Origin: an uncultured Gammaproteobacteria bacterium
GTDB lineage: Bacteria; Patescibacteriota; Microgenomatia; UBA1406; GWC2-37-13
Reading direction: 5' to 3'
Length of the DNA: 51,831 nucleotides
Assembly (NCBI GenBank): GCA_964618685.1
Contig: CAZUBL010000001.1
Coordinates: 6,705-58,535 of the forward strand
Under the pieces are notes generated by a model, which saw only the letters and a list, made by a program, of their open reading frames with translations, did not search any database and had not been told where the DNA came from. Positions within the stretch are counted from its first letter, which is position 1, and every line of letters begins with the position of its first letter. Of this stretch, positions 39,509-47,624 are shown in pieces. Both the position numbers and the translations under genes were made by a program.

Positions 39509-39513
39509 GAAAT

Positions 39514-40740
39514 ATGAGAGCAGAAGCAATATCGGTACAGATGTTTGACGGTCACATCAATCGACGGGAAATTGACATCACAACAAAATTTTTTGGACCT
39601 AAGGCAAAGAATGTGCTATTTGGCATGCATAGGCCTGACAGTGGTTTTAAATGGACAAAAAAATTGGAGTCGGAGCTAAATAATAATTTTTTTAAAGTAT
39701 TGAGAAAAGAGTTTAGATTAAAGCCCGGCCAGGAAATAGAATTCTACAGGCGTCAGTTAAAACAAGCCAACAAAATTGTAGGTTATTTAGTCAACGAATT
39801 GAGGCTTCCCGAGGAAATGGTCGCTTTAAGAAACGAGGTTACGCTTTATTCCGATAGTCCAGCTCTTAGGTTAAAAAAGATTGCTGACGTTGATGGAGTC
39901 GATAAAACTTTAAGATACGAAATAGCTAGACAGATGTTCCTTGCCTTGGCAATTGCACCATTGGATGCGAGAGCCGTAGAGGATAAACTGGCAACCAGAT
40001 TGACCAATCTCCAGGATTTTTTGGACGATAATTTGTTTGTGGGTAAGACCGGTGAGACTGTTAGACGAGATATATACGCTGAGCATGATAATAAAACTAA
40101 TGCCGTAAATCGGTATAACATCGGTTATCCAATAAAAAGTGAAATGGGTAGTCACATAAAAAAGCATGGATTAAAAGTTAGAGAGACCACAACCGGACTT
40201 GAAGTTTTGACTCAAGCTCGTCACAAAGGGGAAACAATCGCCCTCATTAAAGCTTTAGAAAAAGCCCTAGACAGAGGAGGCGAAGTTAACGTTTTGGGAT
40301 CTGTTCAGGATTCTATCGGAATTCAGATGACAGTTATTGGAGACGACAAGGACAGAGATCGGTTTATCATGCATTTTGATTCTTTAATCAAAACATACGA
40401 TCAATATGAATCTACAGAAGATGACTCATTACCTGATGCAGACAGAGGTCAAAATGGCGGCGTTTTTAAAGCAAGAAAAAAGTACCACCTGAAAGGTTTA
40501 TCGGTCCCGGTTGAGGTCATGTTTTTCTCGCTTCCTGAATATCTAGATTATAGCTATGAAGTAGGCGACGGTTATAGTGGGCGAGCTCACAAGTTATATG
40601 AACTGAGACGCACAATTCGTGCCGCAAGCAGGCTTTTCCCAAAAGAGATCTATGGAGAAGATTTTAACATTGATAGTATGGTTAGGGAAAGAATGCTTAT
40701 GGTATCAGACGAATTGAGGTTTATGAATAGCTGGAGCTGA
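39514..40740 (+). CDS. Divergent RelA/SpoT-synthetase-like nucleotidyltransferase domain protein
   Basis: RHK......K, QDSIGIQMTV, PVEVMF, GRAHKLY in RSH Syn-motif order. Confidence 0.55.
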   Translation: MRAEAISVQMFDGHINRREIDITTKFFGPKAKNVLFGMHRPDSGFKWTKKLESELNNNFFKVLRKEFRLKPGQEIEFYRRQLKQANKIVGYLVNELRLPEEMVALRNEVTLYSDSPALRLKKIADVDGVDKTLRYEIARQMFLALAIAPLDARAVEDKLATRLTNLQDFLDDNLFVGKTGETVRRDIYAEHDNKTNAVNRYNIGYPIKSEMGSHIKKHGLKVRETTTGLEVLTQARHKGETIALIKALEKALDRGGEVNVLGSVQDSIGIQMTVIGDDKDRDRFIMHFDSLIKTYDQYESTEDDSLPDADRGQNGGVFKARKKYHLKGLSVPVEVMFFSLPEYLDYSYEVGDGYSGRAHKLYELRRTIRAASRLFPKEIYGEDFNIDSMVRERMLMVSDELRFMNSWS

Positions 40741-42382
40741 TTAGTTTTCCCCTCAATCTGGGTCTTCCTCCCCACCGGTCGATTTCCGGATTATAAACCA
40801 CCTCTACTTCTTCGCCCCGTGACAACTTCTTAAATAGATCGGCTTTGTTAAAGGCTATAAGCTCGAGTCCGTCAACGAATATTTTAAGATGGGTTGAAGT
40901 CTTTCCAAAAAGAGAGGCGCCAGTAATTTTTCCAGTGCTGACAAATAACGGTCGGGGATTGCCGATTCCGAAGGGTTCCAGTTTTTCGAGCGATTCAACC
41001 AACTTCAAGTTGACCTTGGAAATCGGAATTCTGACATCCGCAACCACCGTTCTTTCTAAGTCCTTTTCTTTAATCTGGGTTTCGGCTTTTTTTTCAGCCG
41101 CGCTTATGAAATCTTTTAATTTTGACTTTTCGACAGTGAATCCGGCGGCCGCAGCGTGTCCTCCAACGTCAACCAAGTGTTCTTTTAACGACTTCAGAAA
41201 ATCGGTCATATGAAAGTTGATTATAGATCGGGCGGAACCTTTATAGAATCCGTCGTTTCTGGTCATGATGATGGCCGGACGGTAGAACTTTTCAACAAGT
41301 TTAGATGCGATAAGGCCGATTATTCCCTCGTTCCAGCTATCTGAAGAAAGGATAATTATTTTTTTTAGTTCTTTCGGGATAAGTTCTAACGCTTCCTTAA
41401 CGGATTTTTCGACTAGCGCCTGTCTTTCGACGTTTACCGAGCTTACCATCTTGGCAAGCTCATGGGCTTTGGCTTCTGACTTGGTGCATAATAGCCTAAG
41501 AGCGTCAATAGCATGTCTTAGCCGTCCTATGGCATTAATTCGGGGCGCGATCATGAAACCTATCTCGTAAGGGGTAATTGGCTTATCTTCTATTCCAGCT
41601 TGTTTTAGAATTTGTCTTATACCGTGTCTCTTGACTTTTGAAAACGCCACAAGACCGTGTTTGACAACCGATCGCGAAGGTCCCGTCAATGGGACAAGAT
41701 CAGCAACCGTTCCAATTGCTGCAAGAGCCAGATAGTCGTATAGAAAATTATGGTCGAGAGCGTTTTTGTTTTCAGCTTTGTCTTTGAACGAATTGAATAT
41801 TTCTTTGGAAAAGAAATACGAGACCCCGGATCCGGAAAGAGTCGGAATATGGAAGACTGCTTCCGCCTTGTCGGGTATCTTTTCACCTTTAAGGTGGTGA
41901 TCGGTAACGATAACCTTAATTCCTTTCGATACGGCGTAGGCGACCTCCTTAACCTTGGTTATGCCGTGGTCGACGCTTATAACAAGCGCCGGATCAAACT
42001 GCTTGATTATGTTATCGATTCCTTTTATTGAAAATCCGTAGCCTTCGGTTTTGCGGTCCGGCACGTACGGCATTGCCTTAAAGCCAAGTAAATTTAATGT
42101 CTCCCAAAGGATCGCTCCTCCGGTTATCCCGTCGGCGTCGTAGTCGGTATAGACGACAATCATCTGGTCTTTATCCTTAATTTCCTTTAGAACCTTAATA
42201 ACCTTTTTGAAACCAACTTTGTATTTCTTATCAAAGTCAAAAATGGATATGTCAAAAGGGGATGGCGGGCTAAGGAAATTTTCAATGTCTGCTATTTTCC
42301 GGCTTTTTAAGATTAATTCGATAAGCGAATCGGCGTCGATCTTATCTTCAGGTTTTATCTCATGCTTGAACTGTATTTTCAT
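40721..42382 (-). CDS. recJ: Single-stranded DNA exonuclease RecJ
   Basis: DYDADG, P.R..EGYG, TDHH, GTVADLVPL, PRINAIGRL, GSARS, GGHAAAAG, LEPFG.GNP. Confidence 0.97.
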   Translation of the reverse strand: MKIQFKHEIKPEDKIDADSLIELILKSRKIADIENFLSPPSPFDISIFDFDKKYKVGFKKVIKVLKEIKDKDQMIVVYTDYDADGITGGAILWETLNLLGFKAMPYVPDRKTEGYGFSIKGIDNIIKQFDPALVISVDHGITKVKEVAYAVSKGIKVIVTDHHLKGEKIPDKAEAVFHIPTLSGSGVSYFFSKEIFNSFKDKAENKNALDHNFLYDYLALAAIGTVADLVPLTGPSRSVVKHGLVAFSKVKRHGIRQILKQAGIEDKPITPYEIGFMIAPRINAIGRLRHAIDALRLLCTKSEAKAHELAKMVSSVNVERQALVEKSVKEALELIPKELKKIIILSSDSWNEGIIGLIASKLVEKFYRPAIIMTRNDGFYKGSARSIINFHMTDFLKSLKEHLVDVGGHAAAAGFTVEKSKLKDFISAAEKKAETQIKEKDLERTVVADVRIPISKVNLKLVESLEKLEPFGIGNPRPLFVSTGKITGASLFGKTSTHLKIFVDGLELIAFNKADLFKKLSRGEEVEVVYNPEIDRWGGRPRLRGKLISSSYS

Positions 42383-42389
42383 GCGTCAA

Positions 42390-43355
42390 TCATTCTAACA
42401 TTTTTTCCTTGGGGTCATGGAGAAGATTGGTGGTAGTTAGTTTTTCTCCCAATGAAGCAAAGTTTTTGGTGACTTGGGACGACTGGTTGTAGGCGTTGGC
42501 TATGTGTTTATTTAGGACCGATAGGTTTTCTTCCGTTCTCTGGTAATCTTTTTTTATGGCATTAAGAAGAGTCAGGACTTGCTTGGCTTTTTCTTCGATC
42601 TTCTGACCTTCGAACGATATGAGGATGGCTTTTATGTATGCATAAAAACTCATTGGGGACACGGGTAACACCATCCTTGATCCGGCGTAATCAAATATCT
42701 CATCGGTGTTAATTATTTCGTAATAGATATTTTCAGACGGGATATACATCAGGGCATAATCGACGGTTTTTTCGTCGGGTAGTATGTATTTTCGGGCGAT
42801 GTCACCGATGTGTTTTTTGACGTCTGATACAAAAAGTTTTTTAAAGACTTCCTTTTCTTTCGAGTCGCTAACTTTCGTATATTTTTTGAAATTTTCAAAC
42901 GGGAATTTGGAGTCGATTGGGATCAAGCCCTGTGAAGTTTTAATGACGGCGTCTACCTTCTCCCCGTTCCTGAACTGGTATTGGAGAGAATAGGAATCCT
43001 TGGGAAAATATTGTTTTAAGAGGTCTTTCAGAATCTGTTCTCCGATGTTTCCGCGGATTTTCGGAGAAGCGAGAAATTCCTGGAGCTCCTTCATTGACCG
43101 ACCGATTTCCGAGAATTCTCCGATATTTTTTTGCACATCGGCGATGACTTGGGCGGCTCGATCCAGTCGGTCATTAAATACCGTCATTTGATCGGTCATT
43201 CGCTTGTCTGTATTGATGCTGTTGGATTTTAACCAGTCGACAAGCTCTTCTGATACTTTGGATTTCTCCTCGAGTTTATTTAACCAAATTCTTAATATAG
43301 TCAAAACGATTACAAGTAGTAAAGCGGAGACGGCAATAAATAGGATTGGATTCAC
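42390..43355 (-). CDS. rmuC: DNA recombination protein RmuC
   Basis: PKIRGNIGE, VDAVI, PIDSKFP, KYI, MYIPSE, VSP. Confidence 0.92.
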   Translation of the reverse strand: MNPILFIAVSALLLVIVLTILRIWLNKLEEKSKVSEELVDWLKSNSINTDKRMTDQMTVFNDRLDRAAQVIADVQKNIGEFSEIGRSMKELQEFLASPKIRGNIGEQILKDLLKQYFPKDSYSLQYQFRNGEKVDAVIKTSQGLIPIDSKFPFENFKKYTKVSDSKEKEVFKKLFVSDVKKHIGDIARKYILPDEKTVDYALMYIPSENIYYEIINTDEIFDYAGSRMVLPVSPMSFYAYIKAILISFEGQKIEEKAKQVLTLLNAIKKDYQRTEENLSVLNKHIANAYNQSSQVTKNFASLGEKLTTTNLLHDPKEKMLE

Positions 43356-43362
43356 AAATCCA

Positions 43363-44298
43363 TTATATCAGACCGCCGTTTTTGAAGATTTTTGGCTTGA
43401 GCCAATCGGAAGGGCTTTTTTGTTCGAATCCCGGGTCAGTCGGTTGCTTTTCCTTTTCCACGTTCTCAATCGGTGTCGGCTCTCCTTCGCTTGACGGCAA
43501 ATGGGTGACAACCGGAGGGTTGGGTTTAGCAACTGTAGGCGGTTTTGTGGCCTCAGGTTTTTTAATAAGCTTCTTTACTGCTCCCATTCTCAAAAGGGTA
43601 GCGATATGTTCAAAGGTTTCGGCCGAAACGGAGTAGGACGTAAAGTTATTGGTGGCGGCAGCAATCCCTGAATATAGGTTAGTGGCCATGTCGCGGTCAA
43701 TTTCAATTTTTAGCTCCTGGAGAACGGACAGAACAAGTTCGGAAATTGAAGATGATGTCTTGTTGATATAGTTTACGGTGCCGAAGAAAGCATTGGTTAA
43801 ATGACGGTCGATGTTGATGATATCCCGTCCGGTGTAATGATTCTGGTTGTCGGTGTAAATAGCCCCTAAGTTATTGAGGGTTGGTGAATCGATTACGATT
43901 ATGAAATCGACTGTGCCTCCTGTGTATGAATAAGAAACCTGAGTCGGGTCAAGTTTGGGAAACCCGGTCCTTGGCGTAATAATAAGGTTAAAAGCTGACC
44001 CTTGGATATTGTAGTCGACTTTGTCGATTGAACCGTCAGAATAAGGAAATGAAACCATCAATGAGTCTCCTCCGGTTGCAAACTGGTTCTTGATTTTATC
44101 AGCACCCATAACGTCTGACTGGGGAACGCTTGAGGAAGCTAGAGTGACGTTTTTACCCATTTTGGTAAGCCCAAAATACAAGGAACACGCGGAAGCGACG
44201 GCGTCGACCGTGGAATTAGGGGGAATGACGATAATTCCAGAACTTCCCTTATTGATGATTTCATGAACCCGGCTCAAGACATTCTGGTTATTGTTCAT
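43363..44298 (-). CDS. DHH-family (NrnA-like) protein with degenerate active site
   Basis: IINIDRHLTN, SSISEL, ATNLYSGI..AT..F; metal-binding motifs altered. Confidence 0.7.
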   Translation of the reverse strand: MNNNQNVLSRVHEIINKGSSGIIVIPPNSTVDAVASACSLYFGLTKMGKNVTLASSSVPQSDVMGADKIKNQFATGGDSLMVSFPYSDGSIDKVDYNIQGSAFNLIITPRTGFPKLDPTQVSYSYTGGTVDFIIVIDSPTLNNLGAIYTDNQNHYTGRDIINIDRHLTNAFFGTVNYINKTSSSISELVLSVLQELKIEIDRDMATNLYSGIAAATNNFTSYSVSAETFEHIATLLRMGAVKKLIKKPEATKPPTVAKPNPPVVTHLPSSEGEPTPIENVEKEKQPTDPGFEQKSPSDWLKPKIFKNGGLI

Positions 44299-44302
44299 AA
44301 TT

Positions 44303-45754
44303 CTATAGGATAGATTTTACCATATCTCCTATAGTAATGTCAAGTGGAGGAGAGAAGACCATACCCGACTCCTGATCTTTCTTGACCTCGTTTACTTCCC
44401 TAGCTCTGATTTTCAGGGAAACGAGCTTGGTCTTACCGAAGAGTTTGTTGTTTCGATGGACCTCAAGAGAGTCATTTAGGTTGATTTTACCCTTAGTTAC
44501 CTTTACACCATAGATGGTTTCTCCTTCGATTATGAAGGTAGCCAAAACCTTGGCTTCTCCCTTAAGATTCTTTTCCTTTTCCTCCTTTTCGTTCATCAGA
44601 TCGGCGACTTCGTTAAGTTCATCTAATAGTTCGTATATTATATTATAGGTTTTAATAATTACCTTTTCTTGCTTGGCCAGGCTGTTAGCCTCAGAAGAGG
44701 TGATTACCCCGAAACCGATAACGATCGATTTGGTTGTTTTAGCCAAGAAAATGTCGGATTTGTTGATTTCTCCTATGGCGATCAAAATTATTTTAACATT
44801 GGTGTTTTTATCAAGAGCTTGTTTGATGGCTTCGTAGCTTCCCAAGTTATCTGTTTTTATGACAAGAGAAAGTTTTTTCTCGATCTTGGGCGTTGCCAAT
44901 AGCGAATCCATATCGATGGTTTTGGTAACACTATCTGTGACCTCCTCCTTTTGGACCTCGGTTTGGCTGCTAGTCACGACTGATCCGACCGTAGGCATAT
45001 CCTGGAACCCGCTCATTTCAAAGGGTGTTGAAGGGTAAACTGCCTGTACTTGATGCCCCAAGTCGTCAAAAAGCGATCGGACTTTTATCTTTTGGCTCTG
45101 TTCGTATAGTTCATCGCCCACCTTTATTACGCCGTCCTTGATTATGAGGGACGGAGTGATACCTCTTTTGTCCTTTTTGGTTTCGATAATATAAGCTTTG
45201 GGAGGATTTGTCTCGTCATAGGTAAGGTTGAGATCTGAGGCTAAAAGAAGGATAGTTTCCAAAAGTTCTTTGACGCCCTTTCCGGTCTTGGCCGATATTA
45301 AGGAGACAGGTACATTACCACCTTTCCCTTCAACAAGAACTTCGTGTTTAATCAAATCGATCTTGACCTTTTCAGGATTGGCTTCCGGCAGGTCAGTCTT
45401 GTTGATAGCAACGACATAAGGAATATTGGCGGCCTTTATATGGGAGATAGACTCGATGGTCTGTGGCATTAAGGAGTCTTTGCCGTCAACCAGGAGAATA
45501 GCGATATCGGCGACGTTGGCTCCTCGGGCCCTGATTTTAGAGAACGCTTCGTGTCCTGGAGTATCGATAAAGGTAATCTTTCCCGTCTTGTAGTCCTTCA
45601 TGCCCGTGTCAATCTCGTAAGCGCCGATTTTCTGGGTGATGCCGCCGTGCTCCCGATCGGTAATATTGCTTTTCCTTATGTTGTCCAATAGAGTAGTTTT
45701 ACCGTGGTCGACGTGACCTAAAATAGCCACAATGGGCGGACGCGCTTTTGCCAT
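44303..45754 (-). CDS. infB: Translation initiation factor IF-2 (short form)
   Basis: RPPIVAILGHVDHGKTTLLD, GGITQKIGA, DTPGHEAF, NKTD. Confidence 0.97.
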   Translation of the reverse strand: MAKARPPIVAILGHVDHGKTTLLDNIRKSNITDREHGGITQKIGAYEIDTGMKDYKTGKITFIDTPGHEAFSKIRARGANVADIAILLVDGKDSLMPQTIESISHIKAANIPYVVAINKTDLPEANPEKVKIDLIKHEVLVEGKGGNVPVSLISAKTGKGVKELLETILLLASDLNLTYDETNPPKAYIIETKKDKRGITPSLIIKDGVIKVGDELYEQSQKIKVRSLFDDLGHQVQAVYPSTPFEMSGFQDMPTVGSVVTSSQTEVQKEEVTDSVTKTIDMDSLLATPKIEKKLSLVIKTDNLGSYEAIKQALDKNTNVKIILIAIGEINKSDIFLAKTTKSIVIGFGVITSSEANSLAKQEKVIIKTYNIIYELLDELNEVADLMNEKEEKEKNLKGEAKVLATFIIEGETIYGVKVTKGKINLNDSLEVHRNNKLFGKTKLVSLKIRAREVNEVKKDQESGMVFSPPLDITIGDMVKSIL

Positions 45755-45792
45755 ATCTCAATTATATTACTAAATTGCTAAAAGGGGATTGA

Positions 45793-46896
45793 TTAAGCTT
45801 TGGTTTCTTCTTCTTTATTTTCCTCTTCTTTGGTTTCGGGAGATTCATCAGCCTTTTTCTCAATAGGGGTCTCAACCGGAGTTTCAGCTTCGGAAGACTC
45901 TTCTTTCGTTTCTGCGGCTACTTCAGTCTTTACTTCGGCCGTTTCGTTCTTTAGCTGAATTATGTCGATTTCAAAATCCGTCAAACGGGATGCGAGATTG
46001 ACGTTTATTCCTCCGCGGCCAATTGCCAAGGGTGCTTCTTTCTCATCAACGGTCACTTTAGCCTTACGGTTTTTACTGTCGATCTCAACCTCGGTTATTT
46101 TTGCCGGGGATAATGAAGCCATTAAAAAGAGTTTTTCATCAGGGTTCCACTGGATAATGTCGATTTTTTCCTTTCCTCCAAGCTCATCAGTGACAGTCTG
46201 AACTCTTACGCCTTTTTGACCGACACAGGCTCCGACAGGGTCGACACCTGATTGGGTAGAGTATACGGCGATTTTAGCCCTTTCTCCGGCCTCTCTGACA
46301 GTCTTTTTGATCTCGACGGTTCCATTGCTTATTTCGGGCACTTCCCGTTTGAAAAGTTCCTCAATAAGCTTCGAATCGGATCTTGAAACAATAATTCGTG
46401 GGTTACCAAACTTGTCTTGGGAGATTTCTTTCAAATATACGATAAGGCTGTCGTTTACCGAGTAACGCTCATCCTTCATCTGTTCCTCACGAGGCAAAAC
46501 AGCCTCAGCTTTGCCGATGTCCAAATAAGCGTTGTAACCGTCATATCTGATAACCCGGCCCTTGATCAATGCTCCAATTTGGGATTGATAATGTGCGGCA
46601 ACGGTTTTTTTCTCGGCCTCTCTTATTTTCTGGAGAATAACCTGTTTGGCAGTTTGAGCTGCGATTCTACCAAAGCCTGGGGGTGTAATGTCTTTGCCAT
46701 CTTTGAGGATTTTGGTCTCGCCGGTATCGCGACTGACTTTAGCTTCAAACTCTTCGGCTTCCGACTCGGGATACTCTCTTTTATAGGCGGCAATAATTGC
46801 GGCCTCAATCGATGTTAAAACATCATCTGGGGATATACCCCTTTCGGTCGCCACTTGATTCAATGCCAGAGAAAATTCTGTTTTTATGATTGTCAT
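45793..46896 (-). CDS. nusA: Transcription termination factor NusA
   Basis: FGRIAAQTAKQV, S1, REAGERAKIAV, DPVGACVG, AIGRGGINVNLA; acidic tail. Confidence 0.97.
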   Translation of the reverse strand: MTIIKTEFSLALNQVATERGISPDDVLTSIEAAIIAAYKREYPESEAEEFEAKVSRDTGETKILKDGKDITPPGFGRIAAQTAKQVILQKIREAEKKTVAAHYQSQIGALIKGRVIRYDGYNAYLDIGKAEAVLPREEQMKDERYSVNDSLIVYLKEISQDKFGNPRIIVSRSDSKLIEELFKREVPEISNGTVEIKKTVREAGERAKIAVYSTQSGVDPVGACVGQKGVRVQTVTDELGGKEKIDIIQWNPDEKLFLMASLSPAKITEVEIDSKNRKAKVTVDEKEAPLAIGRGGINVNLASRLTDFEIDIIQLKNETAEVKTEVAAETKEESSEAETPVETPIEKKADESPETKEEENKEEETKA

Positions 46897-46917
46897 AGAG
46901 TAATTTTACCACAAATT

Positions 46918-47622
46918 TTACTTTTTAGCTTCAGGAGCGTCGGCTTTTTCTGCCGGCTTAGCTTCTCCTTTTTCAGGAGTAGAAGCTGTCTCGTCCTCCG
47001 CTTCACCTTCGGCTTTCTCGGTGGTTACCTCCGGGGCTGTCGAGACAGTATCTGGAGTAACGCTTTCTTCCTTGTGGGCTACAACCGAGATGACGACCTT
47101 GTCAGCCTCGTCTTTCAACTCGTATTTAGTTGATTTCGCAAGATCGGACACCTTGATCTCGTCTCCAAGTTCTTTTAGGACTGAGATATCAACCTCAATC
47201 GCTGTTGGAATATCATTTGGCAAGGCTTCAAGGGATAGGACGTCCGACTGGATAAGAAGAACTCCTCCCTTAACGTTAACTGCTTCCGAGGCTCCAACGG
47301 CTTTCACCGGAACGTCGGTCAATACTTTCTTTGTGAGATCAATCTTCCTGAAGTCTACATGGAGTATGTGATCGGTTACCGGGTGTTTTTGAAGAAATTT
47401 GATAAGCGTGGGAATTTCTTTTTTGTCCAAGTCCAAAGTGACAACTCCGGTCTCATGGGCGACGCGGTAGACTTTTAAGAAGTCCTTCATGTTGACAGTA
47501 ATTGAAACGGACTTGAAGTCCGGTCCGAAAATATTTGCCGGAAGCATCTCTTCGCGTCTCAATTTTTTTAATTTCTTGCCGAAAACTTCCCTTTTGGAAA
47601 CCTGAAGTGTTAATTTTTTCAT
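46918..47622 (-). CDS. rplY: 50S ribosomal protein L25 (Ctc form)
   Basis: LRRE..PANIFG, QKHPV...LHVDF, ALP.DIP..IEVDIS.L. Confidence 0.95.
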   Translation of the reverse strand: MKKLTLQVSKREVFGKKLKKLRREEMLPANIFGPDFKSVSITVNMKDFLKVYRVAHETGVVTLDLDKKEIPTLIKFLQKHPVTDHILHVDFRKIDLTKKVLTDVPVKAVGASEAVNVKGGVLLIQSDVLSLEALPNDIPTAIEVDISVLKELGDEIKVSDLAKSTKYELKDEADKVVISVVAHKEESVTPDTVSTAPEVTTEKAEGEAEDETASTPEKGEAKPAEKADAPEAKK

Positions 47623-47624
47623 AA

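Noticed and set aside
39425-39510. Metabolite riboswitch or T-box for aspS
   Set aside because: The terminator is oriented toward the + strand gene, not aspS, and no T-box or known aptamer consensus was recognised.
45793-47060. Low-complexity Glu/Ala/Lys tails of NusA and L25 as repeats
   Set aside because: Ordinary disordered acidic tails with no nucleotide-level tandem repeat.
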